Counted from the first letter of the stretch, positions 9,668 through 18,768 are shown. The stretch is DNA of 64,000 nucleotides from Candidatus Rokuibacteriota bacterium (GCA_003220475.1 QHSO01000031.1:509-64508); one strand, 5' to 3'. Notes: generated from the sequence alone by a model not told the origin. Numbers and translations: made by a program.

Positions 9668-9706
9668 TTACTTCTTCTTTTTCTTGGTGGCCTTCTTCTT
9701 CGCCAT
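9668..9706 (-). CDS. candidate 12-codon polylysine micro-ORF (MAKKKATKKKKK)
   Basis: ATG at 9706 lies 7 nt after GGGAGGGAGGTGA (9714-9726); TAA is at 9670..9668. An AT-rich island in a 70% GC background, followed by hairpins. Confidence 0.3.
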   Translation of the reverse strand: MAKKKATKKKKK

Positions 9707-9754
9707 TGAGGTTTCACCTCCCTCCCTGTCGCAATCAGAATCGGGTGCTGCTCC

Positions 9755-10804
9755 TCAGTAGCCCATCGCCTCGCGGCGTAGATGCTCGGCCTGCTCGGCG
9801 CCTCGCGGCTCGTGGCCGACGAGATCGACATAGAGTTGCGGAAGGCTGACCACCTTCAGGCCCGCCTTTTCGAGTACGCCGTAGAACACACCCGGGTCGT
9901 AAGGCGAGAGCAGGTGTAGCGCGCCATCGCTCTGGCCCGCGGGCCGGAGCTCGAGCGCGGCCGCGACGGGCGCCGGATCGCCCTCGAGATAGCAATGCAG
10001 CCCGCTGAGTCGTGGCTGTGGTGCCACGAGCGACAAACCGGCGCCGAGCGTGAACGCGTATCGGCGGCCGTCGGCAGAGGCCGCGCGGGCGACGTCGGCC
10101 ATCAGTCGTCGGTTCACCCGCTCGGTCACGAAGTAGGACGCGATCTCGTTCACGCGATACGTATAGGACTCACGCCAGGCCTCGAGCAGGTCGGCTGGCT
10201 TGCCGAGATGCAGGCGCTGAGCGTGGTCGCGCTCGACCCAGCGCAGGTCCTCGAGCCGGCTGATCACGTTGTGCGAGTGGCCGAGGCTGACTTCGGCCGC
10301 CCTCGCCAGCTCTTCGAGCCGCCACGCGCGATGCGGCTCGGTGAGGAGCACGCGCACCACGCGCGTCGCGCGCGGCGCGAACAGCGAGCGCAACGGGCGC
10401 GTGGAGGGCCGGACGTTGCGCTTGCCCTCCTTCTCGATCAGGACGTGATCGAAGGCGAGGTAGCAGTTGCCGGAGAGGTCCACGTAACCGAGGTTGTTGT
10501 CCTTGAGGATGCGGGCGCTCTGCGGCCCGATGTACGTGGCGGCCGCCACGGGATATGCCGTCGGCAGCTCGCGCCGAACCTCGGCCAGCCGTGTCACCAC
10601 CGCGCGGATGTGCCGCGGCTGTCCCAGGGGGCTGACCTCAACGGCCAGGAGACGCTCCACCTCGCCGAGGCGGAATTTCACCGCCACGTCGATGGGTTTG
10701 CCCGCAATCCGGAGATCGGAAAGCTCCTCCCATGCTTTCGCTTTGGGAAAGAGCTCGCGAAGGCGCTGGGCTACTTGTCGCCGAATTTCCCCGGTTTTCG
10801 TCAT
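9755..10804 (-). CDS. hypothetical protein: nuclease-like N-terminal region + winged-helix + AbiEi-like C-terminal region
   Basis: 349 aa. N-terminus has a PD-(D/E)xK-like pattern (IDVAVKF..., LAVEVS, GYVDLSGNCYLAFDHVLIEKEGK). Centre is a wHTH-like segment, WRLEELARAAEVSLGHSHNVISRLEDLRWV. Then LLEAWRESYTY, reminiscent of AbiEi-type antitoxin regulators. Assignment is from memory only. Confidence 0.4.
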   Translation of the reverse strand: MTKTGEIRRQVAQRLRELFPKAKAWEELSDLRIAGKPIDVAVKFRLGEVERLLAVEVSPLGQPRHIRAVVTRLAEVRRELPTAYPVAAATYIGPQSARILKDNNLGYVDLSGNCYLAFDHVLIEKEGKRNVRPSTRPLRSLFAPRATRVVRVLLTEPHRAWRLEELARAAEVSLGHSHNVISRLEDLRWVERDHAQRLHLGKPADLLEAWRESYTYRVNEIASYFVTERVNRRLMADVARAASADGRRYAFTLGAGLSLVAPQPRLSGLHCYLEGDPAPVAAALELRPAGQSDGALHLLSPYDPGVFYGVLEKAGLKVVSLPQLYVDLVGHEPRGAEQAEHLRREAMGY

Positions 10805-10819
10805 GTTTCTCTCGTCCAG

Positions 10820-10863
10820 GGCGTTTCAGCATCCGCTGAAACAATAAAGACAACTGAAACGCC
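10820..10863. promoter_or_regulatory. nested inverted repeats (candidate operator) overlapping the promoter
   Basis: GGCGTTTCAG (10820-10829) pairs with CTGAAACGCC (10854-10863). The inner palindrome is GTTTCAGC-ATCC-GCTGAAAC (10823-10842). Confidence 0.5.
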
Positions 10864-10870
10864 TTGTCAA
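10841..10870 (-). promoter_or_regulatory. sigma70-like promoter for the 9755..10804 gene
   Basis: On the minus strand: TTGACA (10870..10865), an 18-nt spacer, then TATTGT (10846..10841), inside an AT-rich island. Confidence 0.5.
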
Positions 10871-10942
10871 CTCAAAACTTATCCCTCACGACTAGAACAC
10901 TGAGTGGGTTGGTGCGACCTGGATGTTTCGAGGCCGAGAAGC

Positions 10943-11317
10943 CTAGTCTTCGCCGTCCTCGATACGGTGCATGGTTTCGTCGTCGAGCCCGAAATAGTGC
11001 CCGAGCTCGTGCACGACCGTCTCGCGCACGATGTCGGCCATGTCTTCTTCGTCTTCGGCGTCTTCTTCGATCGGCCCCTGGTAGATCGTGACGACGTCGG
11101 GCAGGACGTTGCCATACGAGCCGTCGCGGCGGGTCAGGTCGATGCCACGGTACAAGCCATAGAGCGTGTCCGGCGGCTCGATGCCCATCTCGGCCAGCGT
11201 CTCGGCGTCAGCCCAGTCCTCGACGACAACCGCGATATTGGCGATCTTCTGCCGGAACTTCTTGGGCAGCCCCCGCACCGCCCGCTCCACCAGCGCCTCG
11301 AACTCCCCCCTCGTCAC
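10943..11317 (-). CDS. zincin-like metallopeptidase family protein (DUF1025-type)
   Basis: 124 aa with HExxH (VVHELGHYFG) and an acidic C-terminus. Confidence 0.75.
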   Translation of the reverse strand: MTRGEFEALVERAVRGLPKKFRQKIANIAVVVEDWADAETLAEMGIEPPDTLYGLYRGIDLTRRDGSYGNVLPDVVTIYQGPIEEDAEDEEDMADIVRETVVHELGHYFGLDDETMHRIEDGED

Positions 11318-11380
11318 GCCGCCTCAGTCCCCGCGAACCCTACCGCCCCGCTGACGGAAGTGCAGCTCGCGCCGTCCTCC

Positions 11381-11450
11381 CGGAGCGAAGCGACCGCGAA
11401 CCTTCGATGCTCGACGCCCTCGCGGAGCGAAGCGACCGCGAAAGTTCGAT
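11381..11450. repeat. two direct copies of a ~28-bp unit (period 42 bp)
   Basis: CGGAGCGAAGCGACCGCGAA followed by (CC/AG)TTCGAT, at 11381-11408 and 11423-11450. Confidence 0.8.
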
Positions 11451-11467
11451 ATCGAATGGCCACGGCG

Positions 11468-11594
11468 AGCGGAGCGACGAGATGGGTCCAGATGCGAGGC
11501 GGCGAGGAGCTCGCGACTGAGGCGTAGGCCGCCTACGCCGCAAGGAGCGAGCGACGAGCCAACGACGCAGATGGGCCCATCTCGTCGCTCCGCT
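11468..11594. repeat. 22-bp inverted repeat pair flanking a palindrome, immediately 3' of relA
   Basis: AGCGGAGCGACGAGATGGGTCC (11468-11489) versus GGGCCCATCTCGTCGCTCCGCT (11573-11594), with one mismatch. Central palindrome GGCGTAGGCCGCCTACGCC at 11521-11539. Confidence 0.75.
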
Positions 11595-13755
11595 ACAGGC
11601 CCCGGACGCGCTCAACATTGATGACGTCAGGAACCTCTCGGATCGCGGTCATAATGTCCTGCAGCTGGCTGAGGTCGGCAACTTCCACGACGAAGTTGTT
11701 GATGCCGTGGCGGTCGTCGGTGACGGTGACCTCGGCTTTGACGATGTTGCCGTTCTTGCTGCTGATGGCGCCCGTGATCTCGGAGAGCAGGCCGGGACGG
11801 TCGTTGCCGATGTAGACGGCGATGCGGACGGGACGCTTGGCCGGCTCCTGCGCGGGTGCCTCGACGTCCCACTCCACGTTGATGAGCCGCTCGCGGTCGA
11901 GCACGCTCTTGGCCACGGTCAGACAGTCGCGCGCATGAACCGTCAGGCCGCGGCCGCGCGTGATGAAGCCGACGATCTGATCTCCGGGCAGCGGGTTGCA
12001 GCACTTCGCGAAGCGCACGAGCAGGTCGTCGACGCCACGGATGCGCACGCCCTGATCGGTTTTCGGCCGCGTGCCCGCCGCCGCGGCCGCGCGCGGACGC
12101 TCGATCGTATCGAGCGTCGCGCCGGGCGCGAGCTTGTTCAGCAACTGATGGACGGAGGCCTTGCCGTAGCCCACCGCGGCCAGCACGTCCTCGGGCGTCG
12201 GGTAGCCGAGGTCCGCCGCCGCCCGCTGCATCTCCTCGCCGGCGAGAAGGGCAGCCGGATTGAGGCGATACTTCTTCGCCTCGCGCTCGAACAGCTCGCG
12301 GCCGAGCTCGATCGACCGGGCGCGCTCCTCGACCTTGAGCCACTGGTTGATCTTCGTGCGGGCGCGCGTCGATTTGACGAACTTGAGCCAGTCGCGGCTC
12401 GGGTGCTGGTTGGGAGACGTGACGATCTCGACGATGTCGCCCTGGCGCAGCGTGGTCCGCAGCGGAACGAGCTTGCCGTTCACTTTGGCGCCGACACAGT
12501 GCTCACCCACCTTCGTGTGCACGGCGTAGGCGAAATCGATCGGCGTCGCGCCGTCGGGCAGCGCCTTGACGTCGCCTTTGGGCGTGAAGACGTAGACCTC
12601 GTCGGGGAAGAGATCGACGCGCACGCTGTCGAGGAACTCGCGCGGATCCTTGGTGTCCTGCTGCGTCTCGATGAGCTGGCGCAGCCACACCAGGGACTCG
12701 TCGAGCTTGTCCTTCCCCGTCTTCTTTTCCTTGTAGAGCCAGTGGGCGGCGATGCCTTCCTCGGCGATGCGGTGCATCTCCCACGTGCGGATCTGGATCT
12801 CGACCGGGTCGCCCTTGGGTCCGATGACCGTCGTATGCAGCGACTGGTACATGTTGACCTTCGGCATCGCGATGAAGTCTTTGAACCGTCCCGGGACCGG
12901 CTTCCAGAGCGAGTGGATGACGCCGAGCGCGCCATAACAATCACGGACGGAATTGGTGATGACTCGGACGGCGGTAAGGTCGTAAATCTCGTCGAACTCG
13001 CGACCTTGATCATGCATCTTCTTGAAGATCGAGTAGAAGTGCTTGGGCCGGCCGCGGATCTGCGACTCGATGCCGACTTCCGACAGCTTGCGCTCGATGA
13101 TCGCGATGACCTGGTTGATGTCCGTCTCGCGCTCGAGCCGGCGCTTGGCCACGCGCTTTTGAAGATCCACGTAGGCGTCGGGCGACAGCGTGCGCAGGGC
13201 AAGATCCTCGAGCTCGGCCTTCACCTTGGCCATGCCGAGCCGGTGCGCCAGCGGCGCGTAGATGTCGAGCGTCTCCTGGGCGATCTTGCGGCCCCTGTCC
13301 GAGGCGAGGTAGTCGAGCGTGCGCATGTTGTGCAGGCGATCGGCGAGCTTGATCATCAGCACGCGCAGGTCGCGCGCCATCGCCACGAGCATCTTGCGGA
13401 AGTTCTCGGCCTGCCGCTCCTCGCGCGAGGAGAAGGCGAGCTTGCCGAGCTTCGTCACCCCGTCCACCAGCTCGGCGATCTCCTTGCCGAACTCGGTCTC
13501 GAGCTCCGCCTTGGTGGCGCCGGTGTCCTCGAGAACGTCGTGCAGCAGGCCGGCGGTCACCGTGGTGACGTCCATCTTGAAGCCGACGAGGAGGGTGGCG
13601 ACTTCCAGGGGGTGGGACAGGTACGGCTCGCCCGAGGCGCGCTGCTGACCGCGGTGGGATCGCTCAGAGAACCGGTAGGCGCGCTCCAGCATCGCCAGGT
13701 CGGCGCCCGGCAGATACTTCGGGATCTCCTCGATCAGCGCCTGTAGTTGGGTCAC
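11593..13755 (-). CDS. relA: bifunctional (p)ppGpp synthetase/hydrolase (RelA/SpoT homologue)
   Basis: 720 aa with an HD hydrolase domain (HRGQQRASGEPYLSHPLEVA, LHDVLEDT), a synthetase domain (YSIFKKM, YQSLHTTV), and TGS and ACT regions. Confidence 0.93.
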   Translation of the reverse strand: MTQLQALIEEIPKYLPGADLAMLERAYRFSERSHRGQQRASGEPYLSHPLEVATLLVGFKMDVTTVTAGLLHDVLEDTGATKAELETEFGKEIAELVDGVTKLGKLAFSSREERQAENFRKMLVAMARDLRVLMIKLADRLHNMRTLDYLASDRGRKIAQETLDIYAPLAHRLGMAKVKAELEDLALRTLSPDAYVDLQKRVAKRRLERETDINQVIAIIERKLSEVGIESQIRGRPKHFYSIFKKMHDQGREFDEIYDLTAVRVITNSVRDCYGALGVIHSLWKPVPGRFKDFIAMPKVNMYQSLHTTVIGPKGDPVEIQIRTWEMHRIAEEGIAAHWLYKEKKTGKDKLDESLVWLRQLIETQQDTKDPREFLDSVRVDLFPDEVYVFTPKGDVKALPDGATPIDFAYAVHTKVGEHCVGAKVNGKLVPLRTTLRQGDIVEIVTSPNQHPSRDWLKFVKSTRARTKINQWLKVEERARSIELGRELFEREAKKYRLNPAALLAGEEMQRAAADLGYPTPEDVLAAVGYGKASVHQLLNKLAPGATLDTIERPRAAAAAGTRPKTDQGVRIRGVDDLLVRFAKCCNPLPGDQIVGFITRGRGLTVHARDCLTVAKSVLDRERLINVEWDVEAPAQEPAKRPVRIAVYIGNDRPGLLSEITGAISSKNGNIVKAEVTVTDDRHGINNFVVEVADLSQLQDIMTAIREVPDVINVERVRGL

Positions 13756-13776
13756 CTGCCCCGCACCCCTGTGTAA

Positions 13777-14733
13777 TCATGTGATTTTACGCGCTTCTCC
13801 GCCTTTCGCCAGCCTTTTTTTGCGCGCGCCCAGCCGGCCCTCGACGTACAGCGTCCAGTCGACGACCAGCGCCGCAGCCACATAGGTGGTCGAATACGTG
13901 CCGGTGATGACCCCGACGAACAGGACGAAGGCGAAGTCTTCGAGCGTCTTGCCCCCGAAGGCCAACAAGATAGCGGTTGACAAGAAAACCGTCAGAGCGG
14001 TGAGGACCGTCCGCGACAGGGTCTGGTTGACCGCGTCGTTCATCTGCTCGGCAAACGGCCGCCCGCGGACCGTCGTCTTGCCCCGGTTCTCGCGCAGCCG
14101 GTCATAGGCGACGATCGTGTCGTTGACGGAGTAGCCGATGATCGTCAGCAGCGCCGCCAGCACCGGCAGCGAGAACTCCCGGTGCATGAGCGACATCGCG
14201 CCGAGGCAGACGATGACGTCGTGGAATACCGCCATGACCGCGGCCACGCCGCCCTTGAGGTCGAAGCGCAGCGCGATATAGAGAAGGATGCCGATCAGGC
14301 CGAACACGACGGCATAGATGGCCTGCCACTGCAGCTCCTTGCCGACCTGTGGTCCCACGAACTCGACACGGCGGATCTCGGGCTTGGCCAGGCTCGGCTC
14401 CGCGGCCAATGCCCTCTCCACTTTCTTCGTAAGCTCCTCGGACGAGGCGGCGGTGAGCGGCGCCCGGATGATGAACTCGCTGGTGCTGCCGAACTCCTGG
14501 ATGATCGACTCGCCCATCCCGATGCGGCTCAGCGCCTTGCGGATGTCGCCGACGGTCGGCGTCTTCTCGAAGCGCACTTGCACGAGGGTGCAACCGGTGA
14601 AGTCGATGTAGTAACGCAGGCCCTGCGTGGCCAGCGACACGAAGCCGATGAGCGTGATGAGGCCCGAGAGCAGGTATGCCCAGCGGCGATTCCCGATGAA
14701 ATTGTAGTTGGGGGTCCGGAAGATCTCGATCAT
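13777..14733 (-). CDS. secF: protein translocase subunit SecF
   Basis: MIEIFRTPNYNFIGNRRWAYLLSG.... The ATG overlaps the secD TGA (ATGA). The longer track ORF (to 15900) is an out-of-frame extension. Confidence 0.9.
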   Translation of the reverse strand: MIEIFRTPNYNFIGNRRWAYLLSGLITLIGFVSLATQGLRYYIDFTGCTLVQVRFEKTPTVGDIRKALSRIGMGESIIQEFGSTSEFIIRAPLTAASSEELTKKVERALAAEPSLAKPEIRRVEFVGPQVGKELQWQAIYAVVFGLIGILLYIALRFDLKGGVAAVMAVFHDVIVCLGAMSLMHREFSLPVLAALLTIIGYSVNDTIVAYDRLRENRGKTTVRGRPFAEQMNDAVNQTLSRTVLTALTVFLSTAILLAFGGKTLEDFAFVLFVGVITGTYSTTYVAAALVVDWTLYVEGRLGARKKRLAKGGEARKIT

Positions 14734-16181
14734 ATGGACACCGTCGCGACCTTCCGCCGGCCCATGTAGACGACGTCGAACAACAGCCGCGTGAAAAAGG
14801 TGTCGATGATCGTGCGGAACGCGCGATGGAAGCCCGCATCGATGGAAGCGCGCACGGTCTTGCCGATCCGCAGCTCCTCCCGGATCCGCTCGAAGATGAG
14901 GATGTTGGTGTCCACCGCCATGCCGATCGTCAGCGCGATGCCCGCGATGCCCGGCAGGGTCAGTGTCGCGCCGAAGGCGGCCATGCACGCGAGCAGGATG
15001 ATGAGGTTCAGGATGAGCGCCACGTCGGCGATGAGCCCGGACAGCCGGTAGTAGGCGAGCATGAAGAGGACGACGACAACCCCGGACGCGACGATCGCGA
15101 TCATGCCCTGCCGGATCGAATCGGCGCCGAGGGACGGGCCGACCGTCCGCTCCTCGAGGATCTGCACCGTCGCAGGCAGCGCGCCCTCGTTGAGCACGAT
15201 CTTCAGATCCTGTGCCTCCTGGATCGTGAACCGCCCGGTGATGACCGCGTTGCCGCCCGGTATCCGCTCGTTGATGCGCGGGGCCGAGCTGACGACGCCG
15301 TCGAGGACGATGGCCAGCGACCGGCCGACGTTCTGCTCGGTGATCTCGGCAAAGCGCTGCCGGCCCGCCTCGTTGAACGTGACGGTGACCTGCCAGTTGC
15401 CCGGCGAGTTCGGGTCCGCGGCGACGTTGGCGGAGGTCAGCGCCGATCCCGTCAGCAACGGACGCTTCTGAACCACGACGTACGGCACCAGTCGGTCGGT
15501 CTTGGTGTTGGGGTCGACGACGCGTCGCGGGAGGATCTCGACCTCCGGGCCGAGCTGCCGCGCCAGCGCCTCGGCGTCGCCGCCCTCGACGAAGCGCTCG
15601 ACGAGCCGAAACTCGAGGTAGCCGGTCTTTCCGATCAGATCCTTCGCGCGCTGGATGTCCTGGATCCCCGGCAGCTGGATGAGGATGCGGTCCTCGCCCT
15701 GGCGGGCGATCGTGGGCTCGGCGACGTTGAACTTGTCGATCCGGTTGCGCAGCTTCTCGAGCACCTGCTTGGCTGCGTCTTCCCTCACCTGACGCTGCAC
15801 ACGCGCAGACATCGTCATCCGGAAGCGTCCGGCCGCCTGGTCGTCGTTGCTGCGCTCGAACGTCTGGAACTCGTTCGCGACCGTGATCGCGTCGTTCCAT
15901 GACTGCGGCGCCGCCAACTCGACGACGAACGCGGCCAGGCCGTCGCGGGCGACGCGACGATGCGCGATGCCGCGGCGCTCGAGCGCGGCCGCAAAGTCCT
16001 CCGCCGCGCGGTCGCTCTGGTTGGCCACGTGCTTGTCGGTCTCGACGCCGAGCACGAGGTGGATCCCGCCCTGCAGGTCGAGTCCGAGGTTGATCGCCTT
16101 CTTCGGCGGGTACAGATACCAGAGCGAACCGAGGAGCACGACGAGGACGATGATGATGCGCGTCCGCAGATTCCTAGGCAT
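14730..16181 (-). CDS. secD: protein translocase subunit SecD
   Basis: 483 aa: MPRNLRTRIIIVLVVLLGSLWYLYP...LGLDLQGG..., with the C-terminal six-TM SecD/F domain. Confidence 0.92.
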   Translation of the reverse strand: MPRNLRTRIIIVLVVLLGSLWYLYPPKKAINLGLDLQGGIHLVLGVETDKHVANQSDRAAEDFAAALERRGIAHRRVARDGLAAFVVELAAPQSWNDAITVANEFQTFERSNDDQAAGRFRMTMSARVQRQVREDAAKQVLEKLRNRIDKFNVAEPTIARQGEDRILIQLPGIQDIQRAKDLIGKTGYLEFRLVERFVEGGDAEALARQLGPEVEILPRRVVDPNTKTDRLVPYVVVQKRPLLTGSALTSANVAADPNSPGNWQVTVTFNEAGRQRFAEITEQNVGRSLAIVLDGVVSSAPRINERIPGGNAVITGRFTIQEAQDLKIVLNEGALPATVQILEERTVGPSLGADSIRQGMIAIVASGVVVVLFMLAYYRLSGLIADVALILNLIILLACMAAFGATLTLPGIAGIALTIGMAVDTNILIFERIREELRIGKTVRASIDAGFHRAFRTIIDTFFTRLLFDVVYMGRRKVATVSI

Positions 16182-16518
16182 CCTTGTCGCCCTGCACCTC
16201 CACGACGCGCCCGATCGACGCGCGTTCGAACTCGAGCTTCACCTGGTCCGCGACACGCAGGGTCACGGTCTTGTCGGTGAGATTGGTCACGGTCCCGAAC
16301 ATGCCGCTCGTGGTGACGACCTTGTCGCCGCGCTTGATCGCCGACAGCATACGGTCGCGCTCCTGCCGCTGCTTCTGCTGCGGTCGGATCATCAGGAAAT
16401 AGAAGATGGCGAACATCGCGCCGAACATGATGAGCGTCGGCATGAGCTGCGAGCCGCCGATGCCGCCCCCCGGCGAGGGCGCCATCGCCCAGGCGACGTC
16501 GGGGAAAAACAGGTTCAT
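16174..16518 (-). CDS. yajC: preprotein translocase subunit YajC
   Basis: FAIFYFLMIRPQQKQRQERDRMLSAIKRGDKVVTTSGMFG. ATG at 16518 lies just after the tgt stop. Confidence 0.88.
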   Translation of the reverse strand: MNLFFPDVAWAMAPSPGGGIGGSQLMPTLIMFGAMFAIFYFLMIRPQQKQRQERDRMLSAIKRGDKVVTTSGMFGTVTNLTDKTVTLRVADQVKLEFERASIGRVVEVQGDKDA

Positions 16519-16525
16519 AGGGCAG

Positions 16526-17647
16526 TCAGCATACCCGATCGCTCGACAAAACATAGCGCGAGAAAAACGCGCGCCGGAAGGCGTCGAACGTTCGTGCGGC
16601 GATTGCCTCGCGCATTGTCGCCATCAGACGCAGATAGAACCGCACATTGTGCAGGGTGAGCAGCCGGTAGGCCAGCAGCTCTTCGGAGACGAACAGATGA
16701 CGCAGGTACCCGCGCGAGAAGGTGCGGCACGTGTAGCAGTCGCACGCGGCGTCGAGCGCCGCCGCCTCGCGCGTCCAGCGGGCCTGCTTGATCGTCACCG
16801 GCCCCGTCGAGGTGAACGCCTGGCCGTTGCGCGCATTGCGGGTGGGCAGCACGCAGTCGAACATGTCGACGCCGCACGCGACGCTCTCGACGAGGTCCTC
16901 GGGCTTGCCGACACCCATCAGGTAGCGCGGACGATCCGCGGGCAGCGCGGCGGCGACCCTCGCGGTGAGGTCGACCATCGTCGGCTTCGGCTCGCCGACG
17001 GCCATGCCGCCGATCGCATAGCCGTCGAAGCCGAGCGCCACGGTTCGTTCGACCGCCTCCGCGCGTAGATCCTCGTACGACCCGCCCTGGACGATGCCGA
17101 ACAGCGCCTGACCGCCGTCGCCCGCGGCATGCGCCGCGCGCGCGCGCTCGGCCCAGCGCAGCGTCAGCGCCAGCGAGCGCTCGGTCGCCTCACGGGTGGC
17201 GGGATACGCCAGACATTCGTCGAGCGGCATCGTGACGTCGGCGCCGAGCGCGCGCTGGATGTCGACGACCGACTCCGGCGACAGGAAGCGCGTCGCGCCG
17301 TCGAGGGGCGCGCGGAACTCGACGCCGTCGTCGCTGATCTTGCGGATCTTCGCGAGGCTGAAGACCTGGAAGCCGCCGGAATCGGTCAGGATGGCGCCGC
17401 GCCATCCCATGAAGCGATGGAGCCCGCCGAGGTCGCGCACGACGTCGGGGCCGGGACGCAGCAGGAGATGATAGGTATTGCCGAGCACGATCTGCGCGCC
17501 GGCGGCCTCGAGGTCCTCGGGCGTGAGCGCCTTGACGGTGGCCTGCGTGCCGACGGGCATGAAGACGGGCGTGTCCACGACGCCGTGGCCCGTGGTGAGT
17601 TGGCCGCGGCGCGCGGCGCCGTCGGTCGCCGTCACTTCGAACCGCAT
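16526..17647 (-). CDS. tgt: queuine tRNA-ribosyltransferase
   Basis: 373 aa: RRGQLTTGHGVVDTPVFMPVGT, LGNTYHL, DSGGFQV and the CDCYTC zinc site. Confidence 0.94.
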   Translation of the reverse strand: MRFEVTATDGAARRGQLTTGHGVVDTPVFMPVGTQATVKALTPEDLEAAGAQIVLGNTYHLLLRPGPDVVRDLGGLHRFMGWRGAILTDSGGFQVFSLAKIRKISDDGVEFRAPLDGATRFLSPESVVDIQRALGADVTMPLDECLAYPATREATERSLALTLRWAERARAAHAAGDGGQALFGIVQGGSYEDLRAEAVERTVALGFDGYAIGGMAVGEPKPTMVDLTARVAAALPADRPRYLMGVGKPEDLVESVACGVDMFDCVLPTRNARNGQAFTSTGPVTIKQARWTREAAALDAACDCYTCRTFSRGYLRHLFVSEELLAYRLLTLHNVRFYLRLMATMREAIAARTFDAFRRAFFSRYVLSSDRVC

Positions 17648-17742
17648 TTATTGGACCGGGGCCGGCGAGGCCGGCCCAAACCGAGGATGGCCTGAGCAAG
17701 ATGGTACCCGGCTCCGTGCGCCCATACGCGATCGGGTGCCCA

Positions 17743-18768
17743 TCACGAAATCAGCGTGGCGTCGCCGTAGGAATAGAACCGATAGCGGGCGGCGACGGCG
17801 TGGCGGTAGGCGGCGAGCACGGGGTCGCGACCCGCGAACGCGGCGACCAGCAGCAGCAGCGACGAGCGCGGCAGGTGGAAATTCGTCAGCAGCGCGTCGA
17901 CGACGCGGAACCGATGACCCGGCCGGATGGTGACGTCGGCGACGCCGTCGAACGGCCGCACGCGCCCCGTCTCGTCGGCGGCGCTCTCGAGCGCGCGCAC
18001 CGTCGTCGTGCCCACGGCGACCACGCGCCGGCCCTCGCTGCGCGCGCGATCGATCGCCTGCGCGGTGGCGTCCGTGATGCTGCCGCGCTCCGGCGCGATC
18101 CGATGCGCTTCCACCGTGGCCGCGACCACCGGCCGGAACGTCGCCGGCCCCACGTGCAGCGTCACGGCGTGGATCTCCACGCCGGCGGCACGAAGCGCCG
18201 CCAGCATCGCCTGGCTGAAGTGCAAGCCCGCCGTCGGTGCGGCGACGGAGCCGGGCGACGTCGCGTACACCGTCTGGTACCGCTCCCAGTCCTCCGGCGC
18301 CGGCTTGGCGTGACGCGTGATGTACGGCGGCAGCGGCGGCAGACCGTGCGCCTCGAGCAGCGCGGCGATCGTCCCCTGCTCACGCGCGATCACGCGCGCG
18401 CCGTCGGGGTCGGCGCCCATGACGCGCAGACGCACCCCGCCCGCGCGCAGGTGGGCGCCGGGCCGGCAGCGCCGACCCGGCCGCACCAGCGCGCGCCACG
18501 CGTGCTCGTTCAGTGGCTCGACGAACAGTAGCTCGACGGGCCGGCCGGCGTCGTCCTCGGCGAGCACGCGGGCGGGAATGACGCGCGAGTCGTTCACCAC
18601 CAGACAGTCACCGGCGCGCAGCAGGGACGGTAGCGCGGTAAACGTGCGGTCCGCGAGTTCGCCCGAGGTCCGCCGCAGCACCAGCAGCCGTGAGGCATCG
18701 CGCGTCTCCGCCGGCGCCTGGGCGATGAGCTCCGGCGGCAGCTCGTAGTCGAAGTCGCCAATGTTCAC
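17743..18768 (-). CDS. queA: S-adenosylmethionine:tRNA ribosyltransferase-isomerase
   Basis: MNIGDFDYELPPELIAQ...TAGLHF...VGTTTVRALES. Confidence 0.93.
   Translation of the reverse strand: MNIGDFDYELPPELIAQAPAETRDASRLLVLRRTSGELADRTFTALPSLLRAGDCLVVNDSRVIPARVLAEDDAGRPVELLFVEPLNEHAWRALVRPGRRCRPGAHLRAGGVRLRVMGADPDGARVIAREQGTIAALLEAHGLPPLPPYITRHAKPAPEDWERYQTVYATSPGSVAAPTAGLHFSQAMLAALRAAGVEIHAVTLHVGPATFRPVVAATVEAHRIAPERGSITDATAQAIDRARSEGRRVVAVGTTTVRALESAADETGRVRPFDGVADVTIRPGHRFRVVDALLTNFHLPRSSLLLLVAAFAGRDPVLAAYRHAVAARYRFYSYGDATLIS

Noticed and set aside
11381-11450. Possible CRISPR array.
   Set aside because: Only two repeat copies with a 14-nt spacer, and no cas genes. It does not fit CRISPR architecture.
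11468-11594. Insertion sequence or transposon bounded by the 22-bp inverted repeats.
   Set aside because: The 127-bp element has no coding capacity, and there is no transposase nearby. At most it is a MITE/REP-like element, reported as a repeat finding instead.
13777-15900. 707-aa ORF implying a fused SecDF protein.
   Set aside because: The SecF sequence begins at ATG 14733, overlapping the secD stop (ATGA). The upstream extension is out of frame with secD and non-homologous.
17648-17742. Possible preQ1-type riboswitch between queA and tgt.
   Set aside because: I see only a simple 8-bp GC hairpin (GGGCCGGC-GAG-GCCGGCCC) and no recognisable preQ1 aptamer features. It is more likely an intercistronic stem.
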